From: Candidatus Altiarchaeota archaeon
Lineage (GTDB): Archaea; Altiarchaeota; Altiarchaeia; IMC4; SCGC-AAA252-I15
DNA length: 64,000 bases
Assembly (NCBI GenBank): GCA_043800705.1
Contig: JAZDMS010000017.1
Coordinates: forward strand, 1,975-65,974
Direction of reading: 5' to 3'
Shown: piece after piece, positions 35,307-45,159 of the stretch
Position numbering within the stretch: position 1 is the stretch's first letter
Layout: each line of letters opens with the position of its first letter
The notes under the pieces: generated by a model
Seen by the model: only the letters and a program-made list of their open reading frames with translations
Told to the model about the DNA's origin: nothing
Databases searched by the model: none
Program-made: the position numbers and the translations under genes

Positions 35307-36995
35307 ATGGCCGACATATCAATAGTCCTCTGCGGGGAGGCCGGGCAGGGCATCCAGACCGTCGAGAGCCTTATTGCGCCGATAATGAACCTCTCCGGAT
35401 ATCACGTATTCTCAACGAAGGAATACATGTCGCGGATACGCGGGGGGTGCAATTCCACCGAGATAAGGGTGTCCGATGCGAGGGTGGCCGCATACGTCGA
35501 TAGGATAGATCTGCTGATACCCCTCGACCGGCAGGCAATACCACACCTCAGAAAGAGGATCACAGACAGGACGGTTATCGTGGGCGAAGCGGAAAGGATA
35601 GGCCAGGGCGGCGGGGTCATCGACGTCCCGTTCTCGAAGATCGCAGAGGAAGTGGGCGGCCCGATATTCGCCAACATAGTGGCGGTCGGCCTCATCTCGT
35701 CGCTACTCCAGGTTGATGCCGGCATAGCCGAAGATTATGTCCGAAGATTCTTCCAAAAAAAGCCGGAGCTCGTCGAAAAAAACGTGGAGGCGCTGGGGAG
35801 AGGATACGACGCGGGGAAAAAGATATCCTCGAATGTGAAATTCTCGGTCGCCAAGGATCATAGGGTCTCAAACGAACTCATAGTCAGCGGCTCCGACGCC
35901 CTAGGCCTGGGGGCCATCTCAGGCGGATGCGACTTCTTGGCCGCGTACCCGATGACTCCGTCGACCGGCGTCTTCACGTTCATGGCAAAGCATGCCCGGG
36001 AGTTCGGGATCGTTGTGGAGCAGGCCGAGGACGAGATATCCGCAGTCAACATGGCTTTGGGGGCCTGGTACGCGGGAGCGCGGGGGTTTGTGACGACGTC
36101 CGGTGGAGGATTCGCATTGATGGTCGAGGGATTGAGCCTGGCCGCGGCAATAGAAACACCTCTGGTAGTGCTGTTGTCTCAGCGGCCGGGGCCCGCTACG
36201 GGTCTTCCGACGAGGACGGAGCAGGGAGACCTGGAATTCGCGCTACACGCCGGCCACGGGGAGTTTCCGAGGATCATACTGGCTCCGGGGACCGTGGAAG
36301 AAGCCCATGAACTCGCCCATTTTGCCTTCAACATGGCGGACAAGCACCAGAGCCCCGTCATACTCCTCGCAGACCAGTATCTGGTAGATTCATACTACAA
36401 TATCCCCTCTCTTGGAAGCTACAAAGTCGAAAGACACATCGCTGAGACTGGACCGGGCTATAGGCGCTACGAATTTGCACCCAGCGGGATTTCTCCCCGG
36501 GGAGTCCCCGGCTTCGGCAGCGGCCTTGTAAAGGTCGACAGCGACGAACACGACGAATCCGCAAGGATAACGGAAGACGGGGATGTGCGGAAAATGATGG
36601 TCGAAAAGAGGCTCCGGAAGATGGATGGCATCATGAAAGACGCCCTACTCCCGCGGCTTGTCGGGCCAAAAAGATTCAGACACCTTGTCGTCTCTTGGGG
36701 GTCTACGTACCATCCTGTGGCGGAGGCCGTCGAATCCCTCGGCAGGGACGACGTATCAATGCTCCATTTCAGGCAGGTATATCCGATACATCCGGATTCA
36801 GTAAACTTTTTAGCCAAAGCCGAAAGGATCTTCGTTGTGGAAAACAATGCAACCGGGCAGTTCGCGAACCTTTTAAGGTCGCAGACCGGGCGCGGAATAA
36901 CCGGCAAGATTCTCAAATACGACGGCCTCCCTTTTTCCGTGGAAGGTTTGGCTGAAGAATTCGGGAAGGTGCTGAAAAAGGCGGGGAACGGCTAG
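35307..36995 (+). CDS. korA: 2-oxoacid:ferredoxin oxidoreductase, fused gamma/alpha subunit
   Basis: The N-terminal POR gamma-like domain (ISIVLCGEAGQGIQT) is followed by the alpha domain (AAYPMTPSTG, VTTSGGGFALM). Confidence 0.88.
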   Translation: MADISIVLCGEAGQGIQTVESLIAPIMNLSGYHVFSTKEYMSRIRGGCNSTEIRVSDARVAAYVDRIDLLIPLDRQAIPHLRKRITDRTVIVGEAERIGQGGGVIDVPFSKIAEEVGGPIFANIVAVGLISSLLQVDAGIAEDYVRRFFQKKPELVEKNVEALGRGYDAGKKISSNVKFSVAKDHRVSNELIVSGSDALGLGAISGGCDFLAAYPMTPSTGVFTFMAKHAREFGIVVEQAEDEISAVNMALGAWYAGARGFVTTSGGGFALMVEGLSLAAAIETPLVVLLSQRPGPATGLPTRTEQGDLEFALHAGHGEFPRIILAPGTVEEAHELAHFAFNMADKHQSPVILLADQYLVDSYYNIPSLGSYKVERHIAETGPGYRRYEFAPSGISPRGVPGFGSGLVKVDSDEHDESARITEDGDVRKMMVEKRLRKMDGIMKDALLPRLVGPKRFRHLVVSWGSTYHPVAEAVESLGRDDVSMLHFRQVYPIHPDSVNFLAKAERIFVVENNATGQFANLLRSQTGRGITGKILKYDGLPFSVEGLAEEFGKVLKKAGNG

Positions 36996-36996
36996 G

Positions 36997-37431
36997 ATGA
37001 AAGATTATGGCGTTGCGGACCCGAAAAAGGAGCTGAAAAGGAAGTTCCTGGCGGATATCGCTGAAAAAATCGCGGATGAGACGGAGAAGGAGCGCCGCTC
37101 TAGGGGGGGCGGCGTGGAGATGGACTCCTCGGAGGTGTTCAGGATCTACTCAAACGATTCAAAGGCCGCAGAAGCTGACAACAAACTGATCCGGCTGCTG
37201 GAGAAGAAGGACAAAACAAAGGAGGAGGAAATGCGGCTCGCGCAGTTGCTTAAAGTCAAGGGCATTCCTGCGAATCCTAACATATTGGGCCTGTCGGATC
37301 CGAATGTCACCGGCGGAGTAGGTACGTTTCGTGTCTCTTCGATAGACGAGATAAAAAGGCTCGACATGTCGCACGAGCTGATGTTCCCGCTAAAGGAGGG
37401 CATCCGTAAAAAGAAGGGGGGCATAAGATGA
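36997..37431 (+). CDS. Uncharacterised charged protein (144 aa, no Cys) between the korA-like and korB-like genes
   Basis: The ATG lies 1 nt after the korA TAG stop, and its TGA overlaps the korB ATG as ATGA. It is Lys/Glu-rich with no recognisable motif. Confidence 0.6.
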   Translation: MKDYGVADPKKELKRKFLADIAEKIADETEKERRSRGGGVEMDSSEVFRIYSNDSKAAEADNKLIRLLEKKDKTKEEEMRLAQLLKVKGIPANPNILGLSDPNVTGGVGTFRVSSIDEIKRLDMSHELMFPLKEGIRKKKGGIR

Positions 37432-38291
37432 CGGGCACGAAAGCCTACGACATCCCGGAAGCTGACATGGCATGGTGTCCGGGGTGCGGAAACTTCGGGA
37501 TACTCGACATCATGAAATCGTCCTTCACCGAGATTGGGCTTAAGCCGACGGAACTCGTCGTCGTCTCAGGCATCGGCCAGGCGGCCAAGGCGCCGCATTA
37601 TATGAACTGCAACATGTTCAACGGCCTCCACGGCAGGGCGCTTCCGGCGGCGGCAGCGATAAAAACCTCGAACCCGGGACTGAAAGTCGTCGTCGAGAGC
37701 GGAGACGGGGACATGTATGGGGAGGGGGGAAACCACTTCATCCACGCAATCAGGAGGAACCCGGACATAACCTGCATAATACACAACAACATGGTCTACG
37801 GCCTCACGAAGGGGCAGGCCTCGCCGACGAGCCAGATGGGGTTCAGGACGCCGATACAGACAGAAGGCGTAACGGAGGAGCCGTTCAATCCACTCGCCGT
37901 CGCGATTGCGTTGGATGCGTCGTTCGTCGCAAGGGCATACTGCGCCGATGCGGAACGGACGAAGGAGCTGATAAAGGCGGCGATCCTGCACAGGGGCTTC
38001 TCGATAGTCGACGTCTTCCAGCCATGCGTCACCTTCAACAAAGTCAACACCTACAGATGGTTCAGGGAAAACACGTACTACCTGGAAGGCCATGATCCCG
38101 CGGACAGGAACATGGCATTTAAACGGGCGACGGAGACGGGAAAACTTCCACTCGGACTTTTCTACGAGAAGAAGGGCAGGACAGTCTTCGAAGACGCGAC
38201 AGGGGCGTACGCGAACAACAGGGAGCCCCTATACCGGCGGACAGTGGACGCCTCCAGGCTGAAGGCGCTGATAGAGTCGATGAGAGGCTGA
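37428..38291 (+). CDS. korB: 2-oxoacid:ferredoxin oxidoreductase, beta (TPP-binding) subunit
   Basis: It carries the [10 protein letters not shown] and [12 protein letters not shown] (TPP) motifs. Confidence 0.9.
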   Translation: MTGTKAYDIPEADMAWCPGCGNFGILDIMKSSFTEIGLKPTELVVVSGIGQAAKAPHYMNCNMFNGLHGRALPAAAAIKTSNPGLKVVVESGDGDMYGEGGNHFIHAIRRNPDITCIIHNNMVYGLTKGQASPTSQMGFRTPIQTEGVTEEPFNPLAVAIALDASFVARAYCADAERTKELIKAAILHRGFSIVDVFQPCVTFNKVNTYRWFRENTYYLEGHDPADRNMAFKRATETGKLPLGLFYEKKGRTVFEDATGAYANNREPLYRRTVDASRLKALIESMRG

Positions 38292-38314
38292 CGGACGCTT
38301 ATATACGGCCGTTC

Positions 38315-38324
38315 CCTATATTTG
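38315..38324 (+). promoter_or_regulatory. TATA-like element upstream of the P1 stalk protein gene
   Basis: CCTATATTTG lies about 36-45 nt before the ATG at 38360. GGAGGA lies 8 nt before the ATG. Confidence 0.3.
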
Positions 38325-38359
38325 AGCCAGGTTTAAGTTAACCAATGGAGGATTTTAAG

Positions 38360-38659
38360 ATGGAATACGTTTACGCCGCGATGCTTTTGCATTCAGCAGG
38401 GAAGAAGATAGAAGAGTCGACGGTCAGCGCCGTATTGAAGGCTGCTGGCGTGGAAGTCAACGACGCAAGGGTCAAAGCGATGGTGGCAAGCCTTGAAGGG
38501 GTCAACATCGAGGAAGCCATTGCGAAGTCCGTCGTCCAGGCAGCACCCGCAGCAGCGCCTGCGGCAGCAGCGCCCGCGAAAGACGAGAAGAAGCACAAGG
38601 AAGACGAAAAGAAGAGCGAAGAGGATGCCGCATCCGGCCTCGCATCGCTGTTCGGCTGA
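38360..38659 (+). CDS. rpl12: 50S ribosomal stalk protein P1 (L12Ae)
   Basis: [17 protein letters not shown] begins the protein. An Ala/Pro hinge and the acidic tail [13 protein letters not shown] follow. The start was moved to the ATG with a GGAGGA RBS. Confidence 0.92.
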   Translation: MEYVYAAMLLHSAGKKIEESTVSAVLKAAGVEVNDARVKAMVASLEGVNIEEAIAKSVVQAAPAAAPAAAAPAKDEKKHKEDEKKSEEDAASGLASLFG

Positions 38660-38676
38660 TCCTGATCCAAAGACTT

Positions 38677-38703
38677 CCGCCCCCATTTGTTTTCAGGGGG
38701 TGG
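38677..38703. terminator. GC-rich hairpin between convergent genes (possible bidirectional terminator)
   Basis: CCGCCCCC-ATTTGTTTTCA-GGGGGTGG forms an 8-bp stem (one G-U pair) with a T-rich loop. Confidence 0.35.
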
Positions 38704-38716
38704 AACCCTGATTCTT

Positions 38717-38929
38717 TCAGTGTCTTTCCCTTGCAGCTCTCGCCTTCATAAGGCCCATTATGCCGAAGATGGAAAACCCAAGAAGCACGGTGGGAATTAT
38801 CGCGTATACGGCCATATCATTGGCTATAAGGAACACGACTGAAATCGCCATATAGCCGCCGAATTGAATAATCTGGCGAAGTTGTCTCTTTCCCGCCGCA
38901 GGATGCCTCTTCGATGCCCTCGTTTTCAA
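38717..38929 (-). CDS. Small 2-TM membrane protein (70 aa)
   Basis: ORF directly downstream of dapL, with hydrophobic segments. Confidence 0.4.
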   Translation of the reverse strand: MKTRASKRHPAAGKRQLRQIIQFGGYMAISVVFLIANDMAVYAIIPTVLLGFSIFGIMGLMKARAARERH

Positions 38930-38936
38930 TGCATCC

Positions 38937-40151
38937 TCAGAATTTGAGCTTCCTTAGCCTTCCGACTGCCTCTTCGACGTCCTTCCTGTGCCCGAATGCG
39001 CTGAACCTTACGAATCCCTCTCCGGCCGGCCCGAATCCGCTGCCTGGAGTCGTCACGACATGCGCTTCGTCGAGTATCCTGTCGAAGACCTCCCAGCTCT
39101 TTTTTCCAGGAAACTGGGCCCAAATGTACGGGCTGTTGGTCCCGCCCCAGGAGCGTATCCCCATGGACTCCAGCGCTTCCCTGATGATCCTTGCGTTCAC
39201 TAGGTAGTATCGGATCGTTTGCCTCATCTCCTTCAGCCCGACGCTATCCAGCGCAGCCAGTCCGCCGTGTTGGGCTATGTTGGAGGCGCCGTTGAATACG
39301 GTCGACATGATCCTGTTCCAATCGTTGATTACGGGCGTTCCGTCGTCGTACTTCAGCGCCTCTGGGACGACCGTCCAGCCGAGCCTGACTCCCGTGAACC
39401 CTATAAGCTTCGAGAAAGAGCTTATCTCTATGGCGACCTCTTTCGCGCCTTCGATCTCAAATATGCTCTTCGGCAGGCCCCTGTCCGTGATGTATTCGCT
39501 GTATGCCGAGTCGTATACGACTATAGACCCGTTCCTTTTTGCGAAAGATACCAGCTCCTCCATCTCTTGCATTTCGGCTACCTTACCCGTCGGATTGTTC
39601 GGGGAGCAGAAATATATCAAGTCCGTCTTCGGGGCATTCTTCAGGTCGGGGAAAAATCCGTTCTCCGGGTTGCATGAGAGGTATGCTATCCGGTTGAATT
39701 GCCTCCTTTCGACGTTGTAATCCCCGGAAGCGCCCACGATGACGCTGCCGTCCACGTAGACCGGATATGACGGGTCCTGAACCGCCACGGTGACATCCCT
39801 GCCGAACATCAGCTGTAACCTGCCGATGTCGCATTTAGCCCCGTCGGATATGAAAACCTCCCCAGGTTCCACGTTATCCTGATAGACCCTTTTTGCGATT
39901 CTCTCCCGCAACTCTGGAAATCCCTGCTCGTCGCCGTAACCTGAGTATCCCTTGCGTGTCCCCAGGCCTTCAGCCGCCTTTTTGAGGGCATCCGCCACAT
40001 GGGGTGTTATGGGTTGCGTCGTGTTCCCTACCCCGAGGCTGATTATCCTGGCTTTGGGATTCTCCAACGCCAGCTTCATCCGGCGTTTGCCGATTTCCGG
40101 GAAAAGGTAACCTGCCGGCAGCCTTCCCATGTTTCCGTTTCTTCTGACCAT
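38937..40151 (-). CDS. dapL: LL-diaminopimelate aminotransferase
   Basis: LPAGYLFPEIGKRR...ISLGVGNTTQP and the SFSK PLP-Lys region match the DapL family. Confidence 0.85.
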   Translation of the reverse strand: MVRRNGNMGRLPAGYLFPEIGKRRMKLALENPKARIISLGVGNTTQPITPHVADALKKAAEGLGTRKGYSGYGDEQGFPELRERIAKRVYQDNVEPGEVFISDGAKCDIGRLQLMFGRDVTVAVQDPSYPVYVDGSVIVGASGDYNVERRQFNRIAYLSCNPENGFFPDLKNAPKTDLIYFCSPNNPTGKVAEMQEMEELVSFAKRNGSIVVYDSAYSEYITDRGLPKSIFEIEGAKEVAIEISSFSKLIGFTGVRLGWTVVPEALKYDDGTPVINDWNRIMSTVFNGASNIAQHGGLAALDSVGLKEMRQTIRYYLVNARIIREALESMGIRSWGGTNSPYIWAQFPGKKSWEVFDRILDEAHVVTTPGSGFGPAGEGFVRFSAFGHRKDVEEAVGRLRKLKF

Positions 40152-40198
40152 CTTTTTTTTAGGTTATATTCGAAAGATTATATTATTATTGATTAAAT

Positions 40199-40717
40199 AT
40201 GAGAAATATGGACGTCCGTGTTTTGATGCTGATCTCCTTACTGGTCATAGGCTCAGGCTGCATGTCAAGCCCATCGACCGAGGAGACGCCGATAGAAGTC
40301 CCGGTCACCCCGTGCAATACCGCCAACACCGGCATCCAGATACGCATCAAGGCCAACGGCCTCGAAAATGCGACATCCGCCATAATAAAGCCCGAACTTG
40401 AGATGGCGTTCATCGACAATTTCAAGTCTCCGGCGGCCGATGACATGCGAAAAAGCTACATGCTCAACTGCTATTGGGGCACAAAGATCGGGCAGAAACG
40501 GTCATACTACTACTGTGACGGAAGCTACCGGGCACCGGACCTTGACGAGAACCAGATCATAAGGCGGTTCATCCTGAAGTCCTTCACCATCGGTTTCAGC
40601 GTGGAAGAGCACAACGTCGGCTCATGGACGGATTCGTCGGGCATCACGCACAACGAGGGCTCGGTGTACTATCTCACCACCAAGACGGTCGATTCCAGGT
40701 GCATCCTGACAAATTAA
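40199..40717 (+). CDS. Hypothetical lipoprotein
   Basis: The signal ends in the lipobox-like LLVIGSGC. Confidence 0.5.
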   Translation: MRNMDVRVLMLISLLVIGSGCMSSPSTEETPIEVPVTPCNTANTGIQIRIKANGLENATSAIIKPELEMAFIDNFKSPAADDMRKSYMLNCYWGTKIGQKRSYYYCDGSYRAPDLDENQIIRRFILKSFTIGFSVEEHNVGSWTDSSGITHNEGSVYYLTTKTVDSRCILTN

Positions 40718-41931
40718 CGGGAAATCCTCCAATAGACTATTGAGAGGACGACGACAACAGCCAATACGCCCATGGCCATCAGCCATGGCCGGGCCGATGC
40801 GACCACTGTGGGGGGGACCGCCACGGAGATCTTAGCATAATCCGATGATTTGTTGTATTGGTATCCGTCGACGTCGAGGAAGCGGTAATCGAGGCTGGCG
40901 AGCGATTCTCCCGATTCCTCTGGCATAATATCATATGTATAGCTTGCGTTTTCCGAAGGTTCAAGGATCGCGATAGTCCCATTAGGGGAGCCGCCTTCGA
41001 GAATGAATCCGTTCGGTATGTGGTCGTACGCCTCGATGACATATGCGGGTGTCGTTCCGTTGTTCGCCAGCGTGACCGTGACTTTGACGGGCGACAAAAC
41101 AGACGGCGTCGCCGGGCTGATGCTCTTGTAGGCCCAGATCTGTGGGATGGGGGGCTTTACTTCGAGCCTTGTAGGCTCTATCAATCCTTCAGAAACCGTC
41201 CAATTATGGGTGTAGTACCTGAATATTCCGTTTTCCGAGTTGTAGGCGCCTGTTTCCTGCGGGACGATGGCATATTTGAATAAGGCGATGCCCTCGCCGC
41301 TGAGGAAGTCTATCCGTCCGCCGGTTTTGCCTGAAACAAGATACGACCCTTCGGGTTTCCTGTCTTCGAAGGACACATTGAATGCCGGTTTGACGCCTAT
41401 ATTTGTCAGGACGATCGTGACATTGACCCGCCTGCCAAGCCGCGTCTCATATTCGGACTGCGTTTTTTCGGCGATCACACGGGGCTCATATACGGGATAG
41501 ACGGCGGTAAGCCTGAAGTCCTTGATCATGAAGTCCCCATAATGGGCGCCGACCCACCAGTAAATGGCGGAGATGTTCAGGATGTTTGTGCCTTTGTGCC
41601 AATCCGTCAACGGTATGGTTATGTTGCATTGCAGCCATGTGTTCTGCTGTGAGTGGCATAATCGCGTCGTCGTTATGTTGTTCACCGTCACCGGAGGGGG
41701 CGAGAATGACGAGCCCAGCATATACATGTCCGCATGCAGACTGGAAGGGATCGTCTCGAGATATACCATCTCCCTTATCGACGGCGACTCCGGCCTGGGG
41801 GCGTCCCAACCGCTCATGTTAATGTCGCCAAGATGCCTAGGTTCCTTCCATTGCATCAATACGACGTCCACCGAAGCGGCCGCATCTGCGCTCAGGATAA
41901 GGATCAAGGCGAGGGCGTATGGGACTCTCAT
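40714..41931 (-). CDS. Cell-surface protein with DUF11/CARDB-like repeats and a C-terminal TM anchor
   Basis: The signal peptide is MRVPYALALILILSADAAAS. The repeats are VNVTIVLTNIGVKPAFNV and VKVTVTLANNGTTPAYVI. The C-terminal TM is WLMAMGVLAVVVVLSIVYW. The ATG at 41931 overlaps the adk stop as ATGA. Confidence 0.65.
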   Translation of the reverse strand: MRVPYALALILILSADAAASVDVVLMQWKEPRHLGDINMSGWDAPRPESPSIREMVYLETIPSSLHADMYMLGSSFSPPPVTVNNITTTRLCHSQQNTWLQCNITIPLTDWHKGTNILNISAIYWWVGAHYGDFMIKDFRLTAVYPVYEPRVIAEKTQSEYETRLGRRVNVTIVLTNIGVKPAFNVSFEDRKPEGSYLVSGKTGGRIDFLSGEGIALFKYAIVPQETGAYNSENGIFRYYTHNWTVSEGLIEPTRLEVKPPIPQIWAYKSISPATPSVLSPVKVTVTLANNGTTPAYVIEAYDHIPNGFILEGGSPNGTIAILEPSENASYTYDIMPEESGESLASLDYRFLDVDGYQYNKSSDYAKISVAVPPTVVASARPWLMAMGVLAVVVVLSIVYWRISR

Positions 41932-42569
41932 TTTGGTGATATTGTCCATGTCCTGTCCCTTATCGCGGCATGCATGTATTCTATCGCTTTCCCCCCGTCT
42001 ATTTCAGCCAATATCCCCTTTTTCCAGTAATAGTCGATCAGGGGCTCCGTTTCACGATGGTATACGCGCAGGCGGTTCCTTATCGTGTCCTCGTCGTCGT
42101 CCTTTCTTCTGTATATCCGCTTCCCGCATGCGTCGCATATGCCCTCCCGCTTGGGCGGCCTGTTGATGATGTGATACGTTTGCCCGCAGTCGCATACCCT
42201 CCTTCCCCCAAGCCTCCTTATCAGCGTCTCATCCGACACCTGGATGTCGAAGACGACGTCGATTTTCGCAATATCCTCCAAAGCCTCGGCCTGCTCCCGG
42301 TCCCTTGGGAAACCGTCCAGGATGAATCCCCCCCTGCAATCCGGTTTGGCGAGCCTGGCCTTGATTATTCCGTCGATCATCCGGTCGGGGACGAGGGCGC
42401 CCTTATCCAGATAGCCCTTGACATCCCTTCCTAGATCTGAGCCCTCCTCCATGGCATGGCGTAGGATGTTTCCCGGCGAAATCTGGGGCCAACCGAATTC
42501 CTTGGAAAGCGTCTCGGCCTGGGTGCCCTTTCCGGAACCGGGAGGCCCGAGAAAAACGATATTTGCCAT
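41928..42569 (-). CDS. adk: Adenylate kinase (long type with a zinc lid)
   Basis: The P-loop is GPPGSGKGTQ. The lid carries CDCG...CDACG. Confidence 0.92.
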   Translation of the reverse strand: MANIVFLGPPGSGKGTQAETLSKEFGWPQISPGNILRHAMEEGSDLGRDVKGYLDKGALVPDRMIDGIIKARLAKPDCRGGFILDGFPRDREQAEALEDIAKIDVVFDIQVSDETLIRRLGGRRVCDCGQTYHIINRPPKREGICDACGKRIYRRKDDDEDTIRNRLRVYHRETEPLIDYYWKKGILAEIDGGKAIEYMHAAIRDRTWTISPK

Positions 42570-42571
42570 GG

Positions 42572-43054
42572 CTATTTCCCTGGCATGCTCAGGACGAATG
42601 CCACATCGCTGGTGTTCATGCCGTATTCGTCTGCAAGTGACTTGAGGATTTCGAGATAGCTCAGGTACTCCGGTATGCTGTAATCCGAGTGGTCCCCCTT
42701 CTCCTGCACTTTGAAGCCGAAGTCCCGAATGAGCATGTTCCAGACGGAAGGGTCTATTTCGGCGTATTTGTGCGGATTCTGGTATGTTAAAATTGTCGAC
42801 GCCATCAGGAGCCCGACGCCGTTCAGCCTACGCAGTAGCCTGAACTTTTCGCCGAGGTCAGAAGTTGCGAAGACCTTTTCAGTGATCTTCCGTACATCAG
42901 GATTCGAATGGTATTCTACGTGTTTGTACGCGAACAATTCGTTGAGCTCATCTTCCGTTAAGCCGCCTTTTCCGCTCAGCTTGTTCATGAGCCTGCTTCG
43001 GGCGCGGAAGGGCTCCTCCGACTTCACCAGATTAAAGAGCCTGTATAGATTCAT
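42572..43054 (-). CDS. Hypothetical protein with a helix-hairpin-helix-like segment (160 aa)
   Basis: LLRRLNGVGLLMASTILTYQNP resembles an HhH motif. Its stop lies 2 nt before the adk start. Confidence 0.45.
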   Translation of the reverse strand: MNLYRLFNLVKSEEPFRARSRLMNKLSGKGGLTEDELNELFAYKHVEYHSNPDVRKITEKVFATSDLGEKFRLLRRLNGVGLLMASTILTYQNPHKYAEIDPSVWNMLIRDFGFKVQEKGDHSDYSIPEYLSYLEILKSLADEYGMNTSDVAFVLSMPGK

Positions 43055-43158
43055 ATTCTCATCGATTTATCCATTTGTTTCGGAAGAATATAAGTCTTTT
43101 TGGCCAAAACCGAAGAATACGGTCTGTTTTTTAATATCCCCCGCTGCTATATGATACC

Positions 43159-45156
43159 ATGAATCGGAAAATTTTGGCGTATTCGGTCCCGGTCCTGTTT
43201 CTACTCCTTTGGGTGCTGGCAGGTCAGTCTTCGGCAGAGGTGATAATCGTAAACGAGACAAAACCTTCCTTCTACGCGGTATCCCAGATGGAACTGCGCG
43301 GAGACATGGAGACGAACAAGCTCGTCCTCACCGGCTCGGGCCAGGTCATAACCGGGGAAAAATCAAAGGTCTACCTCCTCGGCAGGGCGTCGGACATGCT
43401 CATAGAGAATCTGAAAGTCAATGGCCGAGACGTTACGGTCTCCTTCGACGACAAGGGGTATTTCATGGTCCTTGACGAGGGAGATTTCACATTCCAGGGG
43501 GATCTTCTCATAAGGACCGCCGGTCAGGTCAGGATATATGTGCCCGGTCCGGTAAACGCACTGAAGTTCGCGCTGAAGCACGGCTATGCGATCCGCGGGG
43601 ACCAATACGGCCTCCTGGCAGACGAAGTCCTGATCCAGCGCTCCGAGAAGGTTGCGATGCTTTCGGAAGGCAGCTTCAGGTACACGTTCGCCGAGAAGAA
43701 CTCCTTCCAATACCAGATACGGTACCGCTCATTCGGCTCCAGCCTCGGGCAGACGTCGCTGGAATTGAGAAACGGGGAGAATGTCCTCTCCGTTTCAGGG
43801 GACAGGGACCACAGCATTTCCGGCAACCGGCTCATAATCGACCTGGAAGGCGACCAGGCGTCGGTGGTCGTTACCGGGACATTCAGCTCCAACAGGCTGA
43901 CCGTTCCCGTCGACGAGGGCAGGCACCACGTGCTTGTGGAATCAGATCCGCAAAAGAGGCTCGACATCGTGACGTCTGCGGAGGAGATAGACCTGAAGCA
44001 GTCCACGATAACGCCGTCATACAGCAACGCGCGGGTGTTCCTGGCAGGCAAGGACACCCCGATAGACGCGTCGATAACGGATTTGCAGACCTATCCGTCT
44101 CTTGCCGCCGCAGTCAGGTACGCAACGAACCGCATAGCGATAACCGAGAAAGGCAGCATGCTCGCGGAGCTGCACTACGACTACGACAACACCGGAGAAG
44201 ACTACATAACCATCGACGCGCCCGGGACTCCCCTCTATGCGGCGACGGGCTACAGGGACGCGGTAAAGCTCACGAAATTCGACGACAAGCTTTTCCTCTC
44301 GTTCCCGAAAGTCAAGGGCGGGTCTCTTGACATGATATACTTCGACACAAGGAACCCCCTGCTACCGATCGATTACATCGTCCTACCCATAGCCAACACC
44401 AATCTGACCATAACGACCGCGCAGACGCAGGTCATACTCCCCGAGGACTATGTCGTCCTTTGGACCTTCGGTGCAAAAGGCGGAAACGAACTCCCCTCGC
44501 TGGAGGCGCTGTTCATATTCACCCTGATATTCGGAGGCCTCGGATACATGATGCGCCAGAAGGTCGGTTTCTCCATCATGTACCTCATATTCTGTGCGGG
44601 GCTGTACTACTTCAGCTGGATGCTTCTTCTCATCTCGGCGATGGCATCGATCGCATTCCTTGTGCGAAAGCAGCTTAGCGGCGTCTCAATGAGATACGCC
44701 CTCGTAGCCGTCGGAGCCCTGATTCTCATATCGCTTGCGGCGGCCGTGTTCATAGGGCTCCTGTCTATGGGAATCAGCAGTTCGGGAACGTCCGCAAGGC
44801 AGGCTTCGATGGTTGATTCCAACTATGCATCAGTCGATAAGGCCGAAATGGCGCCTATAATGGGCAAATCGATGGAAGTAATGGGCAGCGGTCCGGGTTC
44901 GATTAATATGCCTGTGAAGGAGGGCGTTCTGCCCGTGCGCCTTGAGCTGCCGCAGCTTGGCAAGACCATCACCGTGACGTCGTACGTCGTTAGCCAGAAC
45001 AACCCGCTTAAGATCAGCGTCCTGATTGTTGCGGGCTGGTTCAGGTACCTATTGTATGCGGTCTCGCTGTTTGCCGGGGTGCTTTGCCTGAAGGATCTTA
45101 GGCGGCTTCGGAAGAACGCGAAAGTAGCTGAGGAAACCATCCGCGGAAGCATATAA
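43159..45156 (+). CDS. Large membrane protein (665 aa): signal peptide, about 430-aa extracytoplasmic domain, then about 5 C-terminal TMs
   Basis: From the ORF track. I recognise no family. Confidence 0.6.
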   Translation: MNRKILAYSVPVLFLLLWVLAGQSSAEVIIVNETKPSFYAVSQMELRGDMETNKLVLTGSGQVITGEKSKVYLLGRASDMLIENLKVNGRDVTVSFDDKGYFMVLDEGDFTFQGDLLIRTAGQVRIYVPGPVNALKFALKHGYAIRGDQYGLLADEVLIQRSEKVAMLSEGSFRYTFAEKNSFQYQIRYRSFGSSLGQTSLELRNGENVLSVSGDRDHSISGNRLIIDLEGDQASVVVTGTFSSNRLTVPVDEGRHHVLVESDPQKRLDIVTSAEEIDLKQSTITPSYSNARVFLAGKDTPIDASITDLQTYPSLAAAVRYATNRIAITEKGSMLAELHYDYDNTGEDYITIDAPGTPLYAATGYRDAVKLTKFDDKLFLSFPKVKGGSLDMIYFDTRNPLLPIDYIVLPIANTNLTITTAQTQVILPEDYVVLWTFGAKGGNELPSLEALFIFTLIFGGLGYMMRQKVGFSIMYLIFCAGLYYFSWMLLLISAMASIAFLVRKQLSGVSMRYALVAVGALILISLAAAVFIGLLSMGISSSGTSARQASMVDSNYASVDKAEMAPIMGKSMEVMGSGPGSINMPVKEGVLPVRLELPQLGKTITVTSYVVSQNNPLKISVLIVAGWFRYLLYAVSLFAGVLCLKDLRRLRKNAKVAEETIRGSI

Positions 45157-45159
45157 TGA

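Noticed and set aside
36993-37062. Possible pyrrolysine read-through of the korA TAG stop
   Set aside because: Read-through would add only 22 residues before a TGA. The next ORF starts with its own ATG in a different frame. Several other genes here also end in TAG, so TAG acts as an ordinary stop in this window.
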